In this document: in pieces, positions 43,571 to 54,205 of the stretch | Position numbering within the stretch: position 1 is the first letter of the stretch | Layout: every line of letters starts with the position of its first letter | Origin: Nitrosopumilus sp. | GTDB lineage: Archaea; Thermoproteota; Nitrososphaeria; Nitrososphaerales; Nitrosopumilaceae | Direction of reading: 5' to 3' | DNA length: 64,000 nucleotides | Assembly: GCA_965207445.1 (NCBI GenBank) | Contig: CBDBLX010000002.1 | Span: 768,001-832,000 of the forward strand | Position numbers and translations under genes: made by a program | Notes under the pieces: generated by a model | Told to the model about the DNA's origin: nothing | The model's input: the letters and a program-made list of their open reading frames with translations, nothing else | Databases searched by the model: none

Positions 43571-44902
43571 TTATCCTAATCCCATACGTTTGATGGCATC
43601 TCGCATGGCACGCCCTTTGGATGCTTTCATAACATTTTTTGACTTTGCGTATGTCTTCAAAAGCTCTTTTACTTCTGCGTCTTGTCTACCTGAACCTCTT
43701 GCAATTCTTTGTATTCGAGATGCATTTAATATGTCTGGATTTGCCTTTTCTTGCTTGTTCATACTCTGTAAGACATATCTCCATTTTTCTATATTATCTT
43801 CTAATTTGTCTACCTTGTTAAGCTGATCCTTATCTGCTCCTGAGAAAACCGGCAAATTCTCTAGCATACTGCGCATTGATCCTGCTTTTGAAAACTCTTC
43901 TAATTGATAAAAGTAATCCTCAATGTTCATCTTGCCTCCTACTATGCGCTTCATGCGTACATCATCGGACTCTTCTTCAATACGCTTGAAATGCTCCAAG
44001 ACTGCCTGCACATCACCTATTCCGAGCAATCTACCTACAAACCTTGATGATACAAATTTTTCCAAGTCATCTATACGTTCACCCGTTCCAATGTACATTA
44101 CATGTGCGCCTGTGGCTGCTGCTGCTGCAAGCGCACCTCCACCTTTAGCAGAACTGTCCAGTTTGGTTATTATAATGCCCCCTACTGGAATTGCCTTGTG
44201 AAATGACTCTGCTTGCCCGAGGCATTGTCTACCTATAGTTCCATCAATTACAAGCAACGATAGGTCAGGCGATGCGACGTTGCCTATACGTTGCATCTCT
44301 TGTAATAGTTCTTGCTCTTCTTTATGCCGTCCTGCCGTATCGATCAAAATAATGTCAAGTGGTTGGCGCTCATAGTACTTTAATCCATTTTCGACTACTG
44401 TTATGGCATCCTCATTTTTCTCCTCACCGTACACCTCAACTCCTGCCTTGTTACACATTGTGCGCAACTGTACAAGTGCACCAGGCCTGTATGTATCTGC
44501 ACCAATGACTCCTACCTTGTAGCCTTGTCTAGTTAACAGTCTTGATAATTTTGATGCAACTGTGGTCTTACCACTACCCTGAATACCAAGCAGCACTATT
44601 CTGTTCTGTTTTCCTGACTTGAACTCAAACTCAGATTCTCCTCCAAGTAGTTTTGACATCTCATCATGTAATATCTTTACAATGTGGTTTTTTCTAGAGA
44701 TTCCTGGTGGAAGATCTTCTGCTAGCGCACGCTCTTTGAGATTCTCTGTCACCTCTAGTATAAGTTTGATATTTACATCAGCTCTGATGAGTGCTTTTTG
44801 GACATCTTTTGCTAGTTCTTCTACTAGTTCTTTGTCTATGTTTGATGACTTTAACATCTTTTTTAACGCAGTGCCCAAACTGTCTTTTAAGCCCTCAAGC
44901 AT
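43571..44902 (-). CDS. srp54: Signal recognition particle protein SRP54
   Basis: GIQGSGKTT, DTAGRH and TKLDSSAKGGG motifs; M-domain SRIQRIARGSG. Confidence 0.97.
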   Translation of the reverse strand: MLEGLKDSLGTALKKMLKSSNIDKELVEELAKDVQKALIRADVNIKLILEVTENLKERALAEDLPPGISRKNHIVKILHDEMSKLLGGESEFEFKSGKQNRIVLLGIQGSGKTTVASKLSRLLTRQGYKVGVIGADTYRPGALVQLRTMCNKAGVEVYGEEKNEDAITVVENGLKYYERQPLDIILIDTAGRHKEEQELLQEMQRIGNVASPDLSLLVIDGTIGRQCLGQAESFHKAIPVGGIIITKLDSSAKGGGALAAAAATGAHVMYIGTGERIDDLEKFVSSRFVGRLLGIGDVQAVLEHFKRIEEESDDVRMKRIVGGKMNIEDYFYQLEEFSKAGSMRSMLENLPVFSGADKDQLNKVDKLEDNIEKWRYVLQSMNKQEKANPDILNASRIQRIARGSGRQDAEVKELLKTYAKSKNVMKASKGRAMRDAIKRMGLG

Positions 44903-45671
44903 GACTATCTGATGTGGTTTCTAATATTTCAAACCTTCCCCTGTATCCATCCCATGTAATATTATAGTTGGATATGATAATCTGATGCTTGAATAGTGGA
45001 CAGTTTGTCACAAATGTCTCTGCTTCTCCACCTTCAAAATCAAGTGAAAACCCGTATTTCTTGGAGAGCTTGGCAAGAATATCAATTGACTTGTGTGTAA
45101 TACGGTGACCTAACCATGACTCGTCAAGTCCACCTGCTGATACTGATGTAATTATGACATCAAAACCATCATCAACAAGACTCGTCATGTGTGGTAATGA
45201 TGCCTTGCCCCAAAGCGGTTCAATCACTTTTAGTCCGATCTTTTTACACACTGATGCAAATCTTGATCTCTGAAATTCACTACGTATTGCACCATGCACA
45301 ACACCCTGTATCTTATATGTGGATTTTGCTGTCAATAGCAGCGACTCTAACACATCTAACTCATTTTGTGTATCGTCTGTGTATGAGATGCCTGTTAAAA
45401 GTGGCATATTGTGCATTAATTGTGCCTGTGTTCTGACCCATCGTATGTTTGGATTGTGCAAAAGCATGCTCTCATCTGAATATCCAAACAATGATACAAG
45501 ACATGATATTTCATGTTGACCATACTGGGGCTGCTGGGCAATATATGTGGCATATGTGCTATCCTTACCACCAGAAAATAGTGATGCGAGTCTTAATCCT
45601 TTTGTTGGTGATTTACAAATAGTTGGTTTTGATGTGTTGTTTGGTGCCTCATAACTCATAATCCTCATCAC
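44895..45671 (-). CDS. Diphthine--ammonia ligase (Dph6)
   Basis: SLFSGGKDS, PLWG and FEGGEAETFV motifs. Confidence 0.9.
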   Translation of the reverse strand: MMRIMSYEAPNNTSKPTICKSPTKGLRLASLFSGGKDSTYATYIAQQPQYGQHEISCLVSLFGYSDESMLLHNPNIRWVRTQAQLMHNMPLLTGISYTDDTQNELDVLESLLLTAKSTYKIQGVVHGAIRSEFQRSRFASVCKKIGLKVIEPLWGKASLPHMTSLVDDGFDVIITSVSAGGLDESWLGHRITHKSIDILAKLSKKYGFSLDFEGGEAETFVTNCPLFKHQIIISNYNITWDGYRGRFEILETTSDSHA

Positions 45672-45791
45672 ACCTCAGAAGGCTTTTCCGATCCCATCAT
45701 CGGCACCTTGTTGTAATGTGTGAGATGGTAGTTATTATCTTTGTTTTGCACACTCGAATCATTTTTAATACTGCTTCATAAATTCAGATTA

Positions 45792-46319
45792 ATGAAGATA
45801 TCTACTACAGTCAAAAAGCAACTCGACGATCAGATTATACTAGAAGCTAACGCTTCACAGACGTACTTGGCAATGGCATCGTGGCTGGAGATGAAAGGTT
45901 ATCAGGGAGCGGCATCATACTTTTATGCCCAATCTGATGAGGAACGAGTCCACATGCTCAAAATTGTAAAATATATGAATATAATTGGAGTAGGTGCAAC
46001 CATACCTGGTACAAGCAAGCCTAGTACTACCTCTTTCAAGTCCCTCGAGGGAATTTTAAAGACATCTCTAAAAAACGAACAACAAGTAACAAAAGCAATT
46101 CACAAAATTGTTCAAACTACACAAAAAGAAGGTGACTATTCAACATTTGACTTTTTGGGATGGTTTATCAAAGAACAGATACATGAGGAAGCTCAATTTG
46201 AAGATATATTGCAAAAGTTCGATACTATTGGACGTGACGGTATTGCAATAAATGAGATCGACAAGATTCTTGGTGCAAGAGAAGACACATCAAAATCACA
46301 AAACTCAACTGATCAATAA
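45792..46319 (+). CDS. ftn: Ferritin
   Basis: EANASQTYLAMASW, QSDEERVHMLK and FLGWFIKEQIHEE motifs. Confidence 0.95.
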   Translation: MKISTTVKKQLDDQIILEANASQTYLAMASWLEMKGYQGAASYFYAQSDEERVHMLKIVKYMNIIGVGATIPGTSKPSTTSFKSLEGILKTSLKNEQQVTKAIHKIVQTTQKEGDYSTFDFLGWFIKEQIHEEAQFEDILQKFDTIGRDGIAINEIDKILGAREDTSKSQNSTDQ

Positions 46320-46386
46320 ATAATACTCTTTATTTTTTTATATGTATATTTAGAATCTTTATTTTATTGTATTATTATATGATGAG

Positions 46387-46500
46387 TTATTTTGTTCTTT
46401 TTCTAGACCTGTCATGTTCATTACCTATGTGTCGCGCTAATGATATGACATCGGAGCCAAAGTCTATACCGCAAAATTGACATTTGAATTTGTATGCCAT
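46387..46500 (-). CDS. Micro C2H2-type zinc-finger protein (not in ORF track)
   Basis: MAYKFKCQFCGIDFGSDVISLARHIGNEHDRSRKRTK; alternative in-frame ATG at 46548. Confidence 0.6.
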   Translation of the reverse strand: MAYKFKCQFCGIDFGSDVISLARHIGNEHDRSRKRTK

Positions 46501-46749
46501 GTTATTGCTTGTTTTGTTTTGTGTTGATGATGATACTTTGTTTGACATGTGATATTATTATGTGATGTAATGATATTAAAAGATGTTTAATTATTTTATA
46601 TGTGTGTATATTTGGAGTTTTATTATTTGTGATGATAATTTGCATGTGTACTAATTTACATGCCTACTAATTTGTCTGCGTGTTATCATATGTGTCAAGC
46701 ATCAAAATATGTTTGCAAACTTTTTAAGATCATTGTGTTGTGTTTTACT

Positions 46750-47763
46750 ATGGGAAACATGCGTATTGATTGGATATCAGGACGCATTACAATTATTCGC
46801 AAAGACGACGATCATAACAAAGGCGCCAACTCTTCGTATGCACCTGGAAACGAAGAACAAACAAATCCATCTGTATTGTCTTTGATAGTTAAAGATGGGA
46901 TTTTGCAAAGATGGCGAGATCTTGACGAACATATAGTAAAGAATTGGTCAATACGTGTCTTTGAGTCCAAGAATCCTCTTGTGAATATTTCTCAAAATGA
47001 TGTGTGTGGCAAGGCGCCTTTTGAGAGCAGGCCTGCACATGGTCATCACTATATACTTGTACCTACATCTGATTACAAACAAACATTTGCAACTATGGAC
47101 GTTGAGCAGTGGTGGTGTACACTTGTAGTAATGCAAGATCATCTTAAATGGCTTTATACACAAAAAGGTGTCTCATATGTAGCAATATATGCAGATCATG
47201 ATGGCACATCAAGTGACGATTCGAAGATTCATCCCCATCTAAACATGTTAACATTTGATATGCTACCACCTACAATCGCGCAAGAGATAAAAGAACATAA
47301 TAACAGTCAAGAAAAACAGGGCGTATGTCCAATATGTCTTATTATAGAGTCAGATAAGAGTAGACGTATACTTCAAACTGAGAACTTTATTGCATTCTGC
47401 CCGTGGTCATCATCATATCCATTAGAATTTTGCATTGCACCAAAGAAACATTTTACAAGCTTTGCAAAGACATCGCAAAAAGATTTACGTGACTTGGCCC
47501 TAATAATACGTGCTATGCTTGGTGGATTGACAAATTTGATAAATGATGTATCGTATAGTGTGGCATTTCATCTCTCTGCAGAACAGAGGCGCAGTTATCA
47601 AATGCATTGGCATATTGAGGTATATCCTGCAACAAAAAAGCATAGTGGTGTTGAGAGAGGTTTTGGGATTCATGTAAATGATGTGTCATCTGAAGATGCT
47701 GCAAAGAAACTTGCTGTAGTGTGTAAAAAAGAATTGGTAAATATTGTTGGTTTACATAATTAG
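46750..47763 (+). CDS. Galactose-1-phosphate uridylyltransferase-like (GalT/HIT) protein
   Basis: APGNE, IHPHLN, CPIC, FCPWSSSYPLE and HWHIEVYP motifs. Confidence 0.85.
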   Translation: MGNMRIDWISGRITIIRKDDDHNKGANSSYAPGNEEQTNPSVLSLIVKDGILQRWRDLDEHIVKNWSIRVFESKNPLVNISQNDVCGKAPFESRPAHGHHYILVPTSDYKQTFATMDVEQWWCTLVVMQDHLKWLYTQKGVSYVAIYADHDGTSSDDSKIHPHLNMLTFDMLPPTIAQEIKEHNNSQEKQGVCPICLIIESDKSRRILQTENFIAFCPWSSSYPLEFCIAPKKHFTSFAKTSQKDLRDLALIIRAMLGGLTNLINDVSYSVAFHLSAEQRRSYQMHWHIEVYPATKKHSGVERGFGIHVNDVSSEDAAKKLAVVCKKELVNIVGLHN

Positions 47764-47902
47764 ATTTTTTTATGTGTGTACGTTTGAATCATAGTGTGAC
47801 TAGTTTTATCTTACGATTTATTGTGTTTCTTGTTTTGCATGCCTTTTGATGTTTGTATCTAAACTATGAATGATTTATTTGTCAACTTGATACAATCATT
47901 TT

Positions 47903-48343
47903 ATGGCACTTGAAAAATGGCTAGGAATAGCCAGTCTTGCATTATTTGTAATGTTCTCTGGACTAATGATAAGTGTGTATTCGTTTCTAAGTGATGTTCC
48001 TGATGACTTTGATTATGCATTATCATTTGAACCTGACCCAAAGATTCTTCAGTTCATATCAATTAGCGCAGCACCCGGCGGAGTCATGGGTGCCGTATCA
48101 TTTATCATGTCCAAATATTATGGATCACGGCAAGTTGGTATCTTACTTGTTGGAGGTGGTATTGCCGTTCTTTTGGGCATGAGTATCTGTTACATGTTGC
48201 TTGAACGCATAGATGATGTATATCTTACAGATGCAGTTTTGATGTCTCCTTTTGTGTTTATGGCACTATCATCTCTGATAATGGCGTTTGGTGTAAAGTT
48301 GATCAAAACTAAAAGAAAACGACCGAAAAAAGAGTTCTTTTAA
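47903..48343 (+). CDS. 4-TM membrane protein
   Basis: Four hydrophobic segments and a basic C-terminus. Confidence 0.75.
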   Translation: MALEKWLGIASLALFVMFSGLMISVYSFLSDVPDDFDYALSFEPDPKILQFISISAAPGGVMGAVSFIMSKYYGSRQVGILLVGGGIAVLLGMSICYMLLERIDDVYLTDAVLMSPFVFMALSSLIMAFGVKLIKTKRKRPKKEFF

Positions 48344-48789
48344 TGTTTTACATGATCATAACGCATGCCACTTGTTGTATGTTTGAATCCAATCTCTGTA
48401 TAATAGTCAACTAGATCATCTTTACAATCAAGTATTGTCTTGTAACATCCGCGATCATATGCGTCATCAAGCAGATACTTTAGAATCTTTTTACCAATAC
48501 CTCTCCTGTGATAGTCATCTCGTACCGCTACATCTTCAATATGACCTACTATGCTACCGTTGTGAATAAATTTTATCTCATATATTATAGTGGCAGTGCC
48601 AACTATCTTGCCGTTTATCTCTGCTATTGCAACTAGTCTGTTGTTATCTGATATCATGTTTTTACATATCGTGTCTGCTTTTTCATCAGATATGTTGCTT
48701 GTAGGACTCAATGCATCAAGTGTCTCTAACAATCCTTTGTGTATGTCATCTATGTGCAATGGTCTTATTGTAATGTTTTGCAAGATCAT
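48340..48789 (-). CDS. GNAT acetyltransferase (glucosamine-phosphate N-acetyltransferase-like)
   Basis: KFIHNGSIVGHIEDVAV...RRGIGK and GCYKTILDC motifs. Confidence 0.9.
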   Translation of the reverse strand: MILQNITIRPLHIDDIHKGLLETLDALSPTSNISDEKADTICKNMISDNNRLVAIAEINGKIVGTATIIYEIKFIHNGSIVGHIEDVAVRDDYHRRGIGKKILKYLLDDAYDRGCYKTILDCKDDLVDYYTEIGFKHTTSGMRYDHVKH

Positions 48790-48813
48790 AATTTACCCCA
48801 CTGAACAAAAATA

Positions 48814-49518
48814 CTAGATCTTGCCTAGCCGTCTTATGTACTCTTGTTGTGCATTCTCATAGGACTCTTTATCTCCAATGTCTATAAAGCCATTTTTTGA
48901 TATAAAACTATTCACAAGTTCTTTTTTCTGTGACAGTATGCGCTTGATGAGTATGTCCATTCCATATGGTTTGTTATCTGGAATCATCTTGATTGTTTTA
49001 TATTCCATGACATAGCAGCCCATGTTTACACTTGCTATCATCTCGGGCTTTTCTCTCCAGTCAGTCACTCTTCCTGTTTTTGTAGTTTCAATGACACCGT
49101 AGGGGAGATGTGTTTTGTATGTGTTTAAACTCATAGTAACTAACGCTTTGGTTTTTTGATGTTGCTTTATCATTTTTTCAAGTGAAAAATCATATATCGC
49201 ATCGCCATACATGCATACAAAAGTTCCGTCTATCATATTTTTTGCAGTCTTGAGCTGACCTGCTGTTGCCAGAGGCCTCGTTGATTCTGCATACTCTATA
49301 TTCATGTCAAACCTCTTACCACTCTCAAAATAATCTTTTATGGTTTTTTTCAAGTAACTTACGCATATTACCACAGAATCTATTCCGTTGTTTTTAATCC
49401 AGTCTATCAAATGCTCTAGTATCGGTTTTTCTCCTAATGGAAGCATGGGTTTTGGAAGAAATGTTGTGTATGGCTGTAGACGTGTGCCGAGTCCACCTGC
49501 AAGTATGACTGCTTTCAT
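48814..49518 (-). CDS. Sugar-phosphate nucleotidyltransferase
   Basis: KAVILAGGLGTRLQPYT...PKPMLP motif. Confidence 0.92.
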   Translation of the reverse strand: MKAVILAGGLGTRLQPYTTFLPKPMLPLGEKPILEHLIDWIKNNGIDSVVICVSYLKKTIKDYFESGKRFDMNIEYAESTRPLATAGQLKTAKNMIDGTFVCMYGDAIYDFSLEKMIKQHQKTKALVTMSLNTYKTHLPYGVIETTKTGRVTDWREKPEMIASVNMGCYVMEYKTIKMIPDNKPYGMDILIKRILSQKKELVNSFISKNGFIDIGDKESYENAQQEYIRRLGKI

Positions 49519-49790
49519 GGTGAATGTCTCTGTGGGAGTTATTTAGAAGTTGGCGTTTGTGTGCAAATTTATGTTTTAAATGTCTTTATACTTTTTTATG
49601 TCATTGATAATGAAGACTGATACGTGATTGATTTTCACAAGTGTTGATTTATTATTTCACAAATGCCCCTGAATAATTTACAACCATTCGTGTCAATGAT
49701 GGGTTTAATTTTACATCTGTTTGGTTTGTGGTGATGATGGTGTGATGTGGTGATGATGACAGTGGCATAATTTATGATTATATATTTACA

Positions 49791-51224
49791 TTACTTTGTG
49801 TATTTTGTTAGTATTTTTTTAATTTTTGATACAACTTTATTTGGTGTTGTACCGAAAACTATGATCATTGGCTCTTTTCCATAGTCTCCATTATGACATA
49901 TTGCATCTGGGGACACTTTGAGATCTTTGATTGCATCTGTGACCCCCCATTGGATTGATGATTTTTGTTCTCCAAACTTTATCTCTTTTGGCTCTTTTCT
50001 TCGATCATAGTATACTGCTTTCATATTAGAATTGTTTATGGCATTTATCATCTCTTGTGAGTATTTTATATTGACAGCAGATTTTATGTGTGGGAATTTT
50101 TGACACATTGCCATTAATGCTGTTGCCACGTGTTTAGAGCCGCCGTATGTAATGTCACCTGCAATCGTAACTGTATTTCCTGTCCGAACTATTCTTCCTT
50201 TTATTCCTAGTATCTCTTTTGTGTTGTGGGGACTTGAATATTCAGAGTACACAAAGTTGGTCTGACACTCTGGTATGCATTTGTGCACGTATTTGATCTG
50301 ACAAAACGCATCTATTGCATGTACTAGTTTTTGTTTTGAATTATTTGTGGCATATTCTGTATCTGCGCTAACTATATGAACTCCTGTGCCTATTTTTAAT
50401 GAATTTTGTATGTGCTGTGTAATAAATTTCTGAGCTGCTTTTGCTGCTTTGAGTATTGGCTTTCCATTTGCCATTTCACACAAGAGAATTGCTGAATGTG
50501 CGCATCCACTACCGTGTGTATCACCATGTATTGTTAAATAATTATCTAACAAATATGTCCGAATGCCCCTGTTTTTATCATATTTTATAACCATATCAGT
50601 TATGGTGTTGGGTTTGCAGCCTGGAATACCTGTAATTATTGCAGATTTGACTCTTAGTTTTTGTATCATATGTGATGCCATTTTTTTATAATCAGAGATG
50701 TACTCTGATTCTGTTGTATTTGCTAGTATGTGCGCCTCTTGTTTGTTTGGGGTTATGACAGTTGCAAGTGGAACCATATATTTGATAAAATCTTTTAGAG
50801 CTGATTCTTTGAGCAATACACCACCTGTAGTCGAGTAAATTACGGGATCAACTACAATTGGTACGTTGTGCACAAGTGGCAATATCTTTTTTGATATGAT
50901 CTTGATTGCATCTGATTCGTATACCATTCCAATCTTTATTCCAGATATCTTAAAGTCTGATAGTATTGCATCTAGTTGTGCTTTTAGGATGTTTGTTGAG
51001 ACTGGTTCTGCATCTGTAAATTTGACTGTATTTTGGGCAGTCAGCGCAGTCGTGACTGTAAGTGCATATGCATTGTATGATGAGAATGTCTTTACGTCTG
51101 CTTGGATTCCTGCACCTGATGATGGGTCAGAGCCTCCAATGGATAATAGATTTAACATATTTGCATTATTGTTGTGGTGATTATTATAAGCTGTATGCGA
51201 TGGGTTTGTAACAGTTAAACCCAT
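49791..51224 (-). CDS. thiD: Bifunctional HMP/HMP-P kinase-thiamine phosphate synthase (ThiD-ThiN)
   Basis: LSIGGSDPSSGAGIQAD and THGSGC kinase motifs; ThiN domain IPECQTNF, GGSKHVA and GKEPMI. Confidence 0.93.
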   Translation of the reverse strand: MGLTVTNPSHTAYNNHHNNNANMLNLLSIGGSDPSSGAGIQADVKTFSSYNAYALTVTTALTAQNTVKFTDAEPVSTNILKAQLDAILSDFKISGIKIGMVYESDAIKIISKKILPLVHNVPIVVDPVIYSTTGGVLLKESALKDFIKYMVPLATVITPNKQEAHILANTTESEYISDYKKMASHMIQKLRVKSAIITGIPGCKPNTITDMVIKYDKNRGIRTYLLDNYLTIHGDTHGSGCAHSAILLCEMANGKPILKAAKAAQKFITQHIQNSLKIGTGVHIVSADTEYATNNSKQKLVHAIDAFCQIKYVHKCIPECQTNFVYSEYSSPHNTKEILGIKGRIVRTGNTVTIAGDITYGGSKHVATALMAMCQKFPHIKSAVNIKYSQEMINAINNSNMKAVYYDRRKEPKEIKFGEQKSSIQWGVTDAIKDLKVSPDAICHNGDYGKEPMIIVFGTTPNKVVSKIKKILTKYTK

Positions 51225-51496
51225 ATTCTATAAGTATGCATACATATACAGCAATATCGATCATCGATCATTATTGTGATCAAATTTACGTAAATCTAAA
51301 TGATAAACACGACGATATGTGAGAAAGTGCTCAAAATGTTGAAAACACGTTTGATTATTTTTTGCATCTAGGCAGAAAATTACTCAAATAATTGACATGT
51401 GGTTGGCTTTTGTTATTGCGATATGTTAAGTTTTCTACTTATACTTGACACCAGACAATGATAAGTAGAAAACTTGATGATATTGTATTGCAAAAA

Positions 51497-53515
51497 GTAA
51501 CTATTTTGCTTTTTGAAGTGGACATTTAAATTTTTATGATTATATACTATGATAATTTTGGTTTAAAAAATTTGATCAAAAACTCTAATAATTTAATCTA
51601 GAGGGTATTAAATCAAAACGCTTCCATCTATCATTAAGTGCAAATAAAATGATAGACAGGAACGATATTAGATCATCGCAAAAATGTGATTTAAGCGATC
51701 AGTGTGACTGGAAATACGATAGTGTCAATTATTTGCAGGAGGAGAGAACATAGTTGTGCTGCACAGAACCTCGTGACAAAAACACACAACATGCAAAAAA
51801 ACCATGTCTCAAAAGTGATTGCGAGTGTTGCAAGTGGTGGTTGGAGAATACTGGAATTGACAAGATATTGCAAGAGTCATCGAATTCAAAGAAAAAAATA
51901 ACGTCCAATGGGGTGTCTGAGATGCTACAAGATGTCAACACGTTAAAGACACAAAATGAAGAATTGACCAAGGACAATAAAAAATATCAAAAGATCAACA
52001 AAGAACTAAGGGCCAAGAAAAACGGCATCAAGGCAGTCACTGCTAGTGATAAACCTGACAAAACGTCAGGTGAAAATAAACCAAGGGGCAGACCCAAGGG
52101 GCAAAAAGCTACCAAAAACAAGCGCCCCGTAGACATAACCAGAACAGAGGTGGTAGATGGCACTACATGCCCACAATGCAAAAACCCACTCTCATCGACC
52201 ATAACAGACGAGTATGACAGGGTGGTCCAAATTATCACAACAATCACAGAGTATGTCAAGTTTGATATCAAACGTCGCTGGTGTAGTAAATGCATAATAG
52301 TTTCATTAAAGATCCGATAGTTTTCTAATATTTTGTATTCATAATATGTGCTCAACTTCGAGATGAATATCAATCAAAATATCGGATCTTTAATCATATC
52401 AGTATGCAAAAAACAAATGCAGCAACCCATTTCAAATGTAAGGCCTCATGCACGCCGTTCAACTAATCATTCTGCAACCACAGTCACACTAAACATGAAA
52501 GGTCTATCACACGCAAAGACTGCAGAATTCAGCAAAGATGTCATGCAAGTTGAGATCTCCCCATCAGCGGCATATCGTGACAAGATATCACATGCCAAAG
52601 CACAAAAACCAAAACACGATGAGATTAAACAAAAAATTTTGAACAAAAGCGAGTTAGGCTGTGATGAGTTTGACTGGCCTGGGGCAAACAAAAAACGTGC
52701 GTGCGGTTTAATTGCGCTCGGAGACGACTGCTGTCTAATAGAGATAACTGACAACAAAACAATATCCACCCTCAAAAAATTCCTGCCAAAATACAATGGA
52801 CTAGTACGACATGACTCTAATCCATCATGGGGTCACATTGGAGTACAACATCAGATGTGTTTGTCACATCAGCTTCGACTGCCAAAAAAAGACATCCAAT
52901 ATGTGAATCCAAAAGGTGCAGTACTGCGATTTCTCAACACATTAGTTCAAATATTCAAACAATTCTTTAAAGCAGATGAAATAGACGATCCTCACACACG
53001 GCAAGTGGCCTCATATTGTTTGGACAGCCAACTGCGCCAACTAATGAACAATGATTGGACAAAGGAAAAAGACTGGGACGGTGACAAAGAGGGCATAATA
53101 AACAGATTCAAAAAGAGATGGAGACGTGAAGGATACCATATGAGCACCTTTTTACACATAAAGGGTATACCACCAGACAATAATGACGTTGAACGAACTA
53201 ATCGAGTATTTGTATCCATAAAAAATGATGGTGGTGGAAACAGAACGTCGCGTGGTATGGAGGCCAACTCAATATTATTCACACTGCTTGCAACAGGTAA
53301 GATCAGCGGCGAGAGCTTTTTTGATATGCTGTGCAAGGGATACGAACCTGGCTAAAACTACAGAATCATTAATGTCCATCTGCGTATTATAATCAACTAC
53401 GCGTTATCATTGCCAATTGATTATATATGAATATACAATGCCGAGATCATCATGATCGGAAAAATGCGCGTGATCATTTACCTTATATGTGCACTTCAAA
53501 AAGCAAAATAGTTAC
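51497..53515 (+). mobile_element. IS66-family element with 8-bp TSD; transposase interrupted by a MITE
   Basis: TIR GTAACTATTTTGCTTTTTGAAGTG; TGCAAAAA at 51489-51496 and 53516-53523. ORFs 51754-52320 and 52348-53355 are in the same frame. Confidence 0.93.
52295..52403. mobile_element. 109/110-bp MITE, copy 2 (inside the IS66 transposase)
   Basis: Flanked by ATGCA at 52290-52294 and 52404-52408. The homologous site in the other IS66 copy (near 41030) is empty. Confidence 0.92.
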
Positions 53516-53640
53516 TGCAAAAACCGTATTTAGACTATATCAATTATAATAATGAAAATTTACATAATTGTATACAGTGTGCACTCAAACACAGTTGTGC
53601 AGGTAGCAAAATCATCAGAGGTGTGTTGTAATGATCTGAG

Positions 53641-53925
53641 ATGGCCACACTGCGCAAAGAAATTCATACATTGCACTTACAGTTGGATGCTACAAATGAT
53701 ACGATACGCAACACATCTGCTGAATTAGAGAAGATGCGTCTAGAGACGGCTACTGTGCTAGCAGAGAATGTTGTACTAGAAGAAAAATACCCCAAAATGT
53801 CTGCCAAATACAAGCAGCTTGGGGATACAATAAAGCAACAGCAACAGCAACAACAACAACAACAACACAAATGCAGTCAGGAATGCATAGTTTTGAAAGA
53901 ATGGCATGTACAACTAAAGCAATAA
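53641..53925 (+). CDS. Coiled-coil protein or fragment with poly-Gln
   Basis: Heptad pattern and a Q11 tract from CAA/CAG repeats; lies between IS66 and a MITE. Confidence 0.4.
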   Translation: MATLRKEIHTLHLQLDATNDTIRNTSAELEKMRLETATVLAENVVLEEKYPKMSAKYKQLGDTIKQQQQQQQQQQHKCSQECIVLKEWHVQLKQ

Positions 53926-53981
53926 CTCCAACAAAAAACCAGACAACATACCCGTGTTGATAATGCCCACATACCTCTCTC

Positions 53982-54064
53982 GTAACCGCTCAACCACCGT
54001 GCACCTGCTCTAGATGTTAGGCAATGAATCTGTGCCTAAATTTGGGAAGGGGTTGAACGGTTAC
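53982..54064. mobile_element. 81-bp MITE family, copy 4
   Basis: GTAACCGCTCAACC...GGGGTTGAACGGTTAC with the conserved core; upstream of thiC. Confidence 0.85.
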
Positions 54065-54205
54065 TAATTGATGCTTACGTATGTATAATTATGGTATGTG
54101 TGTTATTTTATGAATGTGATGTGTGATAATTAGAATTTAACATTGTTTGGTCTTTATATTCACTAGTCCCTATTGTTTAAATCGGGCAACAATATACGCA
54201 ATGTA

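Noticed and set aside
41829..51496. Composite transposon or inversion bounded by the two inverted IS66 copies
   Set aside because: The right copy retains its own perfect 8-bp TSD, the outer flanks do not match each other, and the enclosed genes are core housekeeping.
52295..52403. 110-bp insert as an archaeal bulge-helix-bulge intron
   Set aside because: It has target duplications and IRs, and also occurs in non-coding or decayed DNA; no clear BHB motif at the junctions.
54065..54205. TPP riboswitch upstream of thiC
   Set aside because: The region is AT-rich and lacks the conserved TPP aptamer motifs (e.g. CUGAGA).
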